Assembly: GCA_027451365.1 (NCBI GenBank)
Contig: DAIDJN010000042.1
Span: 1 to 64,000 of the forward strand
Origin: Phycisphaerales bacterium
GTDB lineage: Bacteria > Planctomycetota > Phycisphaerae > WQYP01
DNA length: 64,000 nt
Direction of reading: 5' to 3'
Shown here: piece after piece, positions 1-8,569 of the stretch
Layout: each line of letters begins with the position of its first letter
How positions within the stretch are numbered: position 1 is the first letter of the stretch
Position numbers and translations under genes: made by a program
The notes under the pieces: model-generated
What the model was told of the DNA's origin: nothing
What the model saw: the letters and a program-made list of their open reading frames with translations, nothing else
The model's database searches: none

Positions 1-46
1 CGGCGCAGATCGCCTAATCGTGGCGGAGGAGCGGGCGAAAAATGCC

Positions 47-443
47 AGACGGTCTGTAAGCCGGGTTCTGTCCCCATCCTCGCGGACGCTGGACGGCCAT
101 TCATCTGGGACGCGCATTGCTGCGCGCCTCACGCGACCAACCCGGGCGACAAGGCGGAATCCCTTCGCGGCCATGATCGCTCACGCCGCCGGCCGCCCCT
201 ATTCGGTCTTGCTCCCGGTGGGGTTTTCCCTGCCGCTCCCGTCACCGGGACCGCGGTGCGCTCTTACCGCACCTTTTCACCCTTGCCGGCCAGGTTTCCC
301 CGGCTTAGGCGGTCTGTTTTCTGTGGCACTTTCCCGCGCCCGCAATGCGGACGGGTGGGCGTTACCCACCACCGTACCCTGTGGTGTTCGGACTTTCCTC
401 CCGGGAAATCTTTCAATTCACCGAGCGATCGCCCGACCATTCC
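47..443 (-). ncRNA. rnpB: RNase P RNA, bacterial type A
   Basis: The minus strand contains the universal motifs GAGGAAAGTCC, GAAAGTGCCACAGAAA, AAGGGTGAAAAGGTGCGGTAAGAGCGCACC and ACAGAACCCGGCTTA. Ends are approximate. Confidence 0.97.
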
Positions 444-682
444 ATTTATCATGCTACGGGATTCGCGGTTGCAATTCCACCGCGCCGCCGAGCCGCATTG
501 GGGTCTGCCTTTTGATTGTTTGTTAACTGCTGACAGAACATTCCTCAGGGGGCACTGTGAATGCCTGTCGGTCAACGTCATGCGGCTGATTCAGAATTGT
601 CGGGACTATTCAGCGATGCGATAACCTGGAGTCGCCACCGGCACATTGCAGGTGTATCTTCCGAATTATCAGGCTTGCCCGG

Positions 683-2107
683 CTAGGCGGCACCGATTGA
701 GGGCAGGTCTTTAAGCTCGCGAACGCAACGGGCAAGCGCATCAAGACAGCGGCCATCAAAAGCGCTGCCGCGCTGCGCTTCCAGCTTCGTCAGAACGCCG
801 GAAAGCTCCGGCGCGTCAAAGCCAGCCGGACCGACCAGATGGTCAAATGCATCCGCCAGTGCTATCACCCGGCCGCCGAGCGGAATCGACTCTCCGGCAA
901 GTCCCGCGGGAAAACCCGTGCCATCCGGTCGTTCATGATGCGTTTCAAGCATGGCGATAAGAGGTTCAAATGGTGAAATTTCCGAAAGAATGCCAGAGCC
1001 GAATTCGACGTGCCGCTTGTATTCCTGGCACTCGGCGACGGTGCGAGCCTGGATCGGCTTGGCCAGAACGCGTGTGCTGATTCCCAATTTGCCGATGTCA
1101 TGGAGCAATGCCGCCCGGCGCAGCCAGCGGCCCTGATCGCCTGGCATTCGCAGTTGCGCCGCAATTTTCAGGGCAATATCGGCCACGCGACGGGAATGCC
1201 CGCTGATATCCGGGCTTTTCGCATCTATCACTTCCACAAATGCTTCAATAATCTGATCCAGCCCATGTGAACCAAAATCGTGAAAACGATCAACCGGTTC
1301 CATATCCAAAACCGCCTTTGTCAGGTCGGGCGAATCCAACTGCTGCCAGAACTTTGCGCTGGCGGACACACTTAAAAACGCCATGACGACCGATGGATCA
1401 AACCATGTGGTGCTGCGCTGACAGATTTCGCTTATTGCCTCGGCGGAGCCTGCGGCTGACCAGAACAGTTCAACGACCTGCGCCAGAAGAACAATGCGAC
1501 TGATTAGCGGAATGTCCTGGCCGCGCAAGCCATTTGGCTTGCCATGCCCGTTCCAATGTTCATCTAAATTGGCGATGCCCGCACACACCGTCTCATTCAT
1601 TCCCATGGCGGCCGCAATTTGGGCTCCGCGCTGACACCTGGCCTTGATCAGTTCGCAATAAACCGGTTGACCGTTTATCGCCAGATTCGCCAGCAGTGCC
1701 AGTCGGCGGAGTACCGGAGCCTCGGGGGCCACATGGGAACAGACATATCGAATAACCTGTCCGATTTTCTGGGAATCAACTTGTTTGAAATCGGCCTTTA
1801 ATTTCAGGTCATCGGAATCATACAGCGCGGCAACGCGCGCCGCGTTGGAACTGCATCCGACGTCTTTAAGCAGCGCGGCGTAAAAAAGGTCCACCAACTG
1901 CTGATCGGTCATTCGTTTCTGCCGCCCGATGCTCATGGCAATCCAGCAGGTTCGCTGATTGTGACCCGTGGGAAGTCCTTCGGTCATATCCAACGCACGG
2001 CTTAATGCGGCAGTCAATTCCCCCCGCTGCACTGTTTTGGCGGCGCCGATGCCACTGGACATGGAAACCACTTTTGCGGTGGCCTGATGTTCAATAATAG
2101 AACGCAT
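683..2107 (-). CDS. Tandem HD-GYP domain protein (cyclic dinucleotide phosphodiesterase)
   Basis: The N-terminal HD domain is degenerate (LLKDVG, DEHWNGHGKP). The C-terminal domain is intact (HSRRV, LHDIGK, HHERPDGTGFP, IALADAFD). Start placed at MRSII, after an AGGA element. Confidence 0.88.
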   Translation of the reverse strand: MRSIIEHQATAKVVSMSSGIGAAKTVQRGELTAALSRALDMTEGLPTGHNQRTCWIAMSIGRQKRMTDQQLVDLFYAALLKDVGCSSNAARVAALYDSDDLKLKADFKQVDSQKIGQVIRYVCSHVAPEAPVLRRLALLANLAINGQPVYCELIKARCQRGAQIAAAMGMNETVCAGIANLDEHWNGHGKPNGLRGQDIPLISRIVLLAQVVELFWSAAGSAEAISEICQRSTTWFDPSVVMAFLSVSASAKFWQQLDSPDLTKAVLDMEPVDRFHDFGSHGLDQIIEAFVEVIDAKSPDISGHSRRVADIALKIAAQLRMPGDQGRWLRRAALLHDIGKLGISTRVLAKPIQARTVAECQEYKRHVEFGSGILSEISPFEPLIAMLETHHERPDGTGFPAGLAGESIPLGGRVIALADAFDHLVGPAGFDAPELSGVLTKLEAQRGSAFDGRCLDALARCVRELKDLPSIGAA

Positions 2108-2310
2108 GATCCCATTTCCTTTTCTGCGGCGCAGCCGGCACAGTCTGCAACCGGCTAAATAGTGCCGCGCATTGTTATTTTCAGCCAAAACAGGCGTTTT
2201 AGTTGAGGCTAAATTGCAGGGAAACAAGGACGTGGCGGCAGGCGGCTTTCTGGCCGCCAACCCGCGGTTTTATCGGTCCGCCGGACGCCGCTTTCTTATG
2301 GTGCCTGTAT

Positions 2311-3114
2311 CTAAATTTTAGTTGCGGGCGTTGCGTTGCCGGTCGCGGCCAGGAATGCCTGCTTTTTTTCCAACACTTCTTCCGCTTCAGCCTTGCGGAT
2401 ATATATGGGCAGAAATTCTTCTAACCGGGTAAACCCGCCCGCCAAGGCGCGTTGCCAGCCGATTGCATGAACCTGACTGGCCACGGGCTGCCAAAGTTCT
2501 TCCGCCGCCATATGAATAATTCCGCGGCCAAATCCACCGGCGACCAGAGCCGCATGATGGTATGGAATGCCTTCGCCCAGAATCAGCAGCGGATGTGGGC
2601 ATGAGCGAATAAAGTCGGTCGGGTCTGTCAACACCGGACCGGCATTGGAAAACAGGTTGGCAGGCCCAATTCCGATAGTCGCGGAGCCTGGCGAACTGTT
2701 GCTTTGCCGCCCATAGCGACCCGCATAAACCTGACCGCGCTTGGCATCCAGAATAACGGCCAGATTGGTGGTATCCGCCGGCGCGTTGGCCGCCAGAACA
2801 TCCAGCGTGGGAACCGCAATAAGTCTGGCACCGGTGCACTGGCTGATAGCCCGTGCAATGGCAATCGCAATCCGTACTCCGGTAAAAGATCCTGGGCCAA
2901 TCGAAACATATACCTGTTCAATATCTGTCGGCTTCCAGCCCTGCTCCCGTGTAAGATCGGCAATGCCGGGCATGAGTTCCACGGCGTGGCGCATGGACTG
3001 GCTGAACCGGCGCGCCGCCAACAGATTTGGTCCGCGCGCCACCGCCACTGAACCTACCCGGCTGGAGGTTTCAATGGCGACAATGCGAGGCTCGAAATTC
3101 AAAGGCTCAGTCAT
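2311..3114 (-). CDS. tsaB: tRNA threonylcarbamoyladenosine biosynthesis protein TsaB
   Basis: Motifs VAIETSS, GPGSFTGVRI, DAKRGQVY and a C-terminal PIYIR. Confidence 0.93.
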   Translation of the reverse strand: MTEPLNFEPRIVAIETSSRVGSVAVARGPNLLAARRFSQSMRHAVELMPGIADLTREQGWKPTDIEQVYVSIGPGSFTGVRIAIAIARAISQCTGARLIAVPTLDVLAANAPADTTNLAVILDAKRGQVYAGRYGRQSNSSPGSATIGIGPANLFSNAGPVLTDPTDFIRSCPHPLLILGEGIPYHHAALVAGGFGRGIIHMAAEELWQPVASQVHAIGWQRALAGGFTRLEEFLPIYIRKAEAEEVLEKKQAFLAATGNATPATKI

Positions 3115-3121
3115 GCCAACC

Positions 3122-3127
3122 ATCTTA
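3122..3127 (-). promoter_or_regulatory. -10 element (TAAGAT) 7 nt upstream of the tsaB ATG; putative leaderless transcript
   Basis: The minus strand reads TAAGAT-GGTTGGC-ATG, with no SD. Confidence 0.45.
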
Positions 3128-3196
3128 ACGCTAACCCGCGGTGGCGGAAAACAGGCAATTCACCGTCGCCAGTGCCGCTTTTGCCAATCAGGCATT

Positions 3197-3265
3197 TAAA
3201 CAAGAGGGGGCTGTGAAATGCGCCCGCATGCGAGGACGCGCATGCAAACATCATCCACAGCCCCC
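3197..3265 (-). terminator. Long hairpin with U-rich tail (terminator or sRNA 3' end)
   Basis: GGGGGCTGTG (3206-3215) pairs with CACAGCCCCC (3256-3265), with an inner GCATGCG/CGCATGC stem. On the minus strand it is followed by TCTTGTTT. Confidence 0.5.
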
Positions 3266-3623
3266 AGGAGAGACTCTCCTCTCCACTACTCGAAAAGCAA
3301 CACAACAGACTTGACCGGCGGCGTTTATCAAGTATTCGCTGCCGCGGTCCGGCTAAGCCAGCGTTGCTGCAAAACCTGGGCGTTTTCGGGACTGGACATT
3401 TTCCATCTGGCAAAGCGCGACAGGGTTCAGCTCAGACTATCCGGGCATTGCCGCGGCACAGCTGGAAAAAAGTCCCGATTCTAAATTCGACTGGCACAGA
3501 GCCAGAATCCGCGGAGATTTGCCGCGGTCAAGAACGTGAAAACAACCTCTCACTCCCTCCGGCTCTCTCCCGCCGGCAAACCAGGGCAATCCGCATTTGC
3601 GCATCGGCCTGCCCGTGTGGCTT

Positions 3624-4019
3624 TTATGCGACGGCCCGTGCCCCTTCCACAACGTCCGTTGTACGCCGCAGGCTTGGCACCCAGTTGAAAGCTGGCTCCG
3701 CAGATGGCAAAAACGCCAGCAGATGCAGCCGCCCGATGCCGGTGTTGTACAGGCAGTGAGGTACACCGGCGGGAATAACCAGTGCGGTTCCGCTGAGAAT
3801 GGTATGCGGATCCTCGCCGATAAAAAGAATGCCTTCGCCGTCTGTGCAAAGGACAACCTCTTCGCAGTCGTGGTAGTGCGGCGGCACATGGCCACGTTCT
3901 TCGTAGACGCCTTCGAACAGGCAGCAGTTTTGTGCCGGCGTGCGGGCGTTGATGAGCGACCGGGCCGACCCCAGGCGGGTTACACGATCAATGGAAGCAA
4001 GTATTTCCTGCGTAGACAT
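3624..4019 (-). CDS. Cupin domain protein
   Basis: Cupin metal motifs HYHDCEE and IPAGVPH. AGGAG SD upstream. Confidence 0.85.
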   Translation of the reverse strand: MSTQEILASIDRVTRLGSARSLINARTPAQNCCLFEGVYEERGHVPPHYHDCEEVVLCTDGEGILFIGEDPHTILSGTALVIPAGVPHCLYNTGIGRLHLLAFLPSAEPAFNWVPSLRRTTDVVEGARAVA

Positions 4020-4595
4020 AAAAGTCTCCTGTATGAAAAGACCAAAACACTATCTCAACCGAACGCCCTTAAATGACCCTTGCGGGCAAACCCCGGTACA
4101 TCGGAACTCCTGATTTGTTTCCGAATTAGCCGGATGGGCTTACTGTTATTTTCGGCTGATCGACCGCATAACATTAACCGCAGAAACGCAGCGGGATCGA
4201 CATTTATTTTATAGGTCCGAAGAACGTCGATCCTTGCCACGGCGAGCCTGAATTAGCGGACATGGCGGGCCGCCAATTTTAATTTTATTTTTCAAAGCCG
4301 GGCTTGGCTGCGCGCTGCGGGGGCTGTGGTTCGGACCGACTGCATGCTTAAACCGAAGTGAGCGGCTTTGAATTCCGCTTCGTGGACTGCGCCGGCACCG
4401 CACCCATCTGCGACCGTTGCCGGTGCTAAGGGAACAAGGCCCTGCTTCGTGCGGATCGTTACAATTGCTTCCTGGATTGTGCCTGCGGGCATTCCGCCCT
4501 GCTGTACACCAATATTGCGCTCATATGCTGGGAATAACAGCGTGGCACCGGGATTTTCCGCCGATACGCCGCTTCAATTCGGGGGGCCGGTGGGC

Positions 4596-5060
4596 TTATC
4601 CATGCCGACGGAAGTAAACTATCGCATTTTGAGCCGCGCGCACCACACTTGGCTGTGGCGAGGTATCGCGCAGGTGTTTGAGTTGCCCGACCGCGGCCGA
4701 GTAATCAAGATGCTTCAGACATGAAATCGCCTTGCGTGCCACCGACGGGTGCGGACTGAACATAAGTGGAGCAATTTGCGGCGCGGCGTGGCGATCGTAC
4801 ATATACACTGCCAGCGCGTGCATGACTTTTATCTGAACATCCGGATTCGGATCGTTTAAATATTGCAGAAGAATACTTTCCGATTCCGCACCGCCCCGGC
4901 GGCCGAGTTCCAGCGCGGCCGCCTTGCGCTCGCCCTGGTTATTCTGCTGGGCCATCGCCTGGCCAAGCTGGGTTTCATTAAGGCCACTCATCCGCGGACC
5001 GCAGCCGGCGACTGCGATCGCTCCCACCACTACCAGTAACAATGCCAACACACGCTTCAT
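4596..5060 (-). CDS. HEAT-repeat lipoprotein
   Basis: Lipobox signal MKRVLALLLVVVGAIAVAG-C and HEAT-like repeats (LNDPNPDVQ, SPHPSVARKA, SPQPSVVRAA). GGAGG SD. Confidence 0.75.
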   Translation of the reverse strand: MKRVLALLLVVVGAIAVAGCGPRMSGLNETQLGQAMAQQNNQGERKAAALELGRRGGAESESILLQYLNDPNPDVQIKVMHALAVYMYDRHAAPQIAPLMFSPHPSVARKAISCLKHLDYSAAVGQLKHLRDTSPQPSVVRAAQNAIVYFRRHG

Positions 5061-5572
5061 GGAAAATCCTCCGATGCTTTCGACGCGCCATTCAGACACC
5101 AGTCGATGGGTCCATAGATATTTGCCTATATTTACGCATATTTGCCGACCGAACGCAAGTCATTGTGCCAACCCATCCGCCGCGCCAGGGGAATCTTGCA
5201 ATTGTGCGGAGAAAATAAAATCGGCAGAGTACGGGAAAGAAACTCGACACGATACGATGTGTTTTGCGCAATAAGGCGTATGTTGCGGGGTACGGCGCAT
5301 CCGCTTATATCGATCCACAGATTGGGCGTCTTTGGTAGTTATTCCACCCGGAGTCGGAATTCTTGGCGGGTGGACAGTGGAAATGTGCGCATGCCGTGTC
5401 TTCACGACCGCAACTTCTAAACACATGGGGCAATACCTTGGCCAGTTCTGCCGGAAGCGGATTGCGGTCGATTGTAGTCTGACTCTTAAATTTGAAGCAA
5501 AGGGTGGTCCACTTAATATAATATTCCGCACAACAGATGCGTGATTCAACGCTCCGGTGACGACAGCGCTTT

Positions 5573-7588
5573 TCAGGTCGGAACGCCCACCGGATCCCAG
5601 TTTATTTTTTCGAGGGTCGGGTCATGTCGCTGCGCGAACTGCTGGGTGAACATGGCGTGATAGACGCCGCGCTTCTCAAGCAAGTCATTGTGCGTTCCTG
5701 TTTCCACAATCCGGCCATCCACGAGCACGATAATCCGTTGGGCGTGAATGATGGTGCTTAGCCGGTGGGCAATGACAATCGTGCTGCGGCTTCGCATCAG
5801 TTCGTCGAGCGACGCTTGTATCAACCGTTCGCTTTGGGTATCCAGTGAACTTGTGGCTTCATCCAGTATCAAAATGCGCGGGTCGGCAAGGATGGCCCGT
5901 GCGATGGAAATGCGCTGTTTCTGGCCGCCGGAAAGTTTGACGCCGCGTTCGCCAATCTGCGTGTCATACCCTTTTTCCAGCGCAGTAATGAATTCATCGG
6001 CATTGGCCTTGCGGGCGGCGGACACGATTTCGTCGGTGGTTGCGTGACGTTTGCCAAACCCGATATTTTCCCGCACGGTGCCATCAAATAAATAAACATC
6101 CTGCAGAACCATGGAAAACAGACGGCGGTAATCGGCCAGGCGAATTTGCCGGATGTCCATTCCATTCAACAATATGTTGCCCTCGCGGACATCGTAAAAC
6201 CGCGCGATTAAGTTAATCAGCGTGGTTTTGCCGCTGCCGGACGGCCCAACTATCGCCACGGTGGCTCCCGGTTCGATCAGCAAATCAATGTGTTCAAGAA
6301 CGGTCTGGTCCGGACGGTAGCCAAAGCCGACATTGCGCAGTTCGAGTTCTGGAATGGAGGTATCCAGCGTCCGGGCATCCGCGGCGTCGGGCATATCGGG
6401 CTTTTGCGCCAGTACATCGCACACCCGGTCCAGTGCCCCAAGGTTCTGCTGAAGCGCTTGAAGTGAATCAAGCATTTGGGTAATCGGGCCAAGCAGCATA
6501 AGGGCGTAGGTCTGGAACATGACCAGACTGCCAAGGGTTAATTTATGTTTCAGTACAAGGTTGCCGCCATACCACAAGATGACAATGGCCATGGTGGGCA
6601 CAAACACCGCCCAGCCGGTCATAAGCAGGCGGCCAAGCAGAGAGGTGTAGTATTGTTTGCGCACCATGGTGTGCTGGCGGGCACCAAATTCGGCGAATTC
6701 GCTCCGTTCGCGCCGGAAGCTGCGCACGACGCGAATGCCGGCGAACATGTCACTGACGCGTGAAGAAAGGATGCTTCGGTCATCCTGAATATTCCGCCAC
6801 AGTGGCCGCAGGCGGCGGAATATCAGGTAATGAATAAGAATGACCGGTGGAATAAGTGCCGCCGCGGAGAGAAACAATTTCCAGTTGGTCGCAATAAGAA
6901 TCAGTAGAATGCACGCGACGCGGACCATTGCCCCGATGGGATTGACCACCGCGTTCTGCACGCCCCCGGCAACCTGGTCGGTATCGCTCATGATCCGGCT
7001 GATAATTCCGCCGGTACGGTAATCGGTTAACTGGGCCAACGGCAATGTGGCCAGATGTTCATGCAGCCGCTGGCGCAGCGTCGCCGAAAGTTTGTAATTC
7101 AAACGGCGAATCGCCAATACCCGGATCCACTGGGACACCACGGAAATAACTTCCGCGACAAGCAGCACCACCACCAGCGCAGTCAGACCATGGGTGGGTG
7201 AGGCCGCCAGCCAGTTTTCCAGGGTGGCCAGATGGGCCGTTTTGCCCAGCCATGCGGTCACGGGCAGCGGTTTATCGGCAAACACATAATCAATGGCCAG
7301 TTTCAAGACCAATGGCGGAGTCAGTGCAACGAACGATCCGATAACGACCAGGCCAATAAGCACAAACACGGAACTGTAATAGCCCTGGAGAATATCGCGA
7401 TATTGTTTAAGCAGTTGGCGTCGGGTGTACTTGAATTCATGCTTTTCCATGGAGACATGCGCGTGCCGCCCTCCCATGGAAGGTGGCGGTTCGCGCTTGT
7501 CCTGCGCGTCGGAAAGCCGGTCGCCCTTAAGCAATCCCTGCCGGAACTTCAGGCGAAAATCATTAAACCGCTGTCGACTGGACTTCAT
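5573..7588 (-). CDS. ABC transporter, fused permease/ATP-binding exporter
   Basis: Six-TM region, then Walker A GPSGSGKT, signature LSGGQ, Walker B ILILDEAT and H-loop IAHRLST. Confidence 0.93.
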   Translation of the reverse strand: MKSSRQRFNDFRLKFRQGLLKGDRLSDAQDKREPPPSMGGRHAHVSMEKHEFKYTRRQLLKQYRDILQGYYSSVFVLIGLVVIGSFVALTPPLVLKLAIDYVFADKPLPVTAWLGKTAHLATLENWLAASPTHGLTALVVVLLVAEVISVVSQWIRVLAIRRLNYKLSATLRQRLHEHLATLPLAQLTDYRTGGIISRIMSDTDQVAGGVQNAVVNPIGAMVRVACILLILIATNWKLFLSAAALIPPVILIHYLIFRRLRPLWRNIQDDRSILSSRVSDMFAGIRVVRSFRRERSEFAEFGARQHTMVRKQYYTSLLGRLLMTGWAVFVPTMAIVILWYGGNLVLKHKLTLGSLVMFQTYALMLLGPITQMLDSLQALQQNLGALDRVCDVLAQKPDMPDAADARTLDTSIPELELRNVGFGYRPDQTVLEHIDLLIEPGATVAIVGPSGSGKTTLINLIARFYDVREGNILLNGMDIRQIRLADYRRLFSMVLQDVYLFDGTVRENIGFGKRHATTDEIVSAARKANADEFITALEKGYDTQIGERGVKLSGGQKQRISIARAILADPRILILDEATSSLDTQSERLIQASLDELMRSRSTIVIAHRLSTIIHAQRIIVLVDGRIVETGTHNDLLEKRGVYHAMFTQQFAQRHDPTLEKINWDPVGVPT

Positions 7589-7685
7589 GAACCGCTAATC
7601 CCGCAAAATCAGGAAACATCTTCCGGGCGATTATAGCCGATTCAGGGGTATGTCGCGGAATAAAGAGCGGACGGCCCGGCCGAGT

Positions 7686-8219
7686 TCAAACGGCCTGCGT
7701 CTCCCCCTCGGGGCGACTGGTACGGCGCACATCCAGCAGGAACGCGAATACCAGACCAGCCATGGCAGCCAGAATAAGCGGGGTGCGCATCACCGGGTTC
7801 AGAGCCGCGGCCAGATACCACGGGATGGGAGGAACTGGTGCCGGATTGATCGGCTTAAGAGTTTCATCGATCAGGCTTTGCACATCACGCGGGTGCGCGA
7901 TTCGGCCCAGCGGAAGAACCTGCTCGGCGGGATTCACAACATCCAGTTGCCGATCCGCCAGCCGCTGAAGAATGACCGGATTGGTCGCCACCAGATGCAA
8001 CAGCAGCCGATCCTGCGATATTTTTTCGTTCAGCAGCGCCAGCGACGCGCGAAGATTGTTCCGTTGCATCCGCGCCTGGTGCAGATTGGCCGCGGCTGGA
8101 GCCAGGATGACCGCAGCCACAATGGCCAGCGCGGCAAAAAGGGCCGCCCAGGTTAGCGCACCGACGCCGAACACGAAAGGCAGTGTAAGAAACGCGGGTG
8201 TATGGCGATAGCGTCGCAT
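7686..8219 (-). CDS. Membrane protein, FtsB/DivIC (septum formation initiator)-like, with an extra C-terminal TM helix
   Basis: N-terminal TM, a coiled coil, then NPVILQRLADRQLDVVNPAEQVL, which resembles the DivIC/FtsB C-terminal motif. A second hydrophobic helix lies at the C-terminus. Confidence 0.5.
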   Translation of the reverse strand: MRRYRHTPAFLTLPFVFGVGALTWAALFAALAIVAAVILAPAAANLHQARMQRNNLRASLALLNEKISQDRLLLHLVATNPVILQRLADRQLDVVNPAEQVLPLGRIAHPRDVQSLIDETLKPINPAPVPPIPWYLAAALNPVMRTPLILAAMAGLVFAFLLDVRRTSRPEGETQAV

Positions 8220-8355
8220 GAAACCATCCGTTAGCAGCCTGCGGTCTGCTCTGCTATTGTGCCCGTCAGAGGCCCGGGCTGCAAGCGCGGGCAAGAATCC
8301 AATCTCATTTGCCCTTTTGAGTCTCCCTAAAATTTGGAAATGAAACGCGTTTGGC

Positions 8356-8387
8356 TTGACATTTGCCCGGGGGGGGGGGGATATACT
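8356..8387 (+). promoter_or_regulatory. Sigma70-type promoter TTGACA-N20-TATACT with a G12 tract in the spacer
   Basis: TTGACA at 8356-8361, G12 at 8369-8380, TATACT at 8382-8387. Confidence 0.7.
8369..8380 (+). repeat. Poly-G homopolymer (G12)
   Basis: Read directly from the sequence; the longest homopolymer I noticed in the window. Confidence 0.95.
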
Positions 8388-8569
8388 TCGTTCGTTCCGC
8401 TGGGCATTGGGGCTTGCGGACGGGCGCGGCGGAAGTTATGCATGGATTGGTGAATTTGTTCGCCAAGGGCTTTTTGTCGCGGCCATCGTATTTAATTCGC
8501 CGGGGAGCGTTTGTGAACTCCTATCTCCGAAAATCATGCCGCCCGCTCCGCGATCAATCGCGAACAGCA

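Noticed and set aside
20..624. ORFs 20..526, 256..624 and 264..581
   Set aside because: They overlap rnpB and are shadow translations of the RNase P RNA gene.
8363..8569. Translation start at TTG 8363, which would make G12 a coding frameshift switch
   Set aside because: This start lies inside the promoter and has no SD. A signal-peptide-like start exists at 8570, so the promoter-spacer reading fits better.
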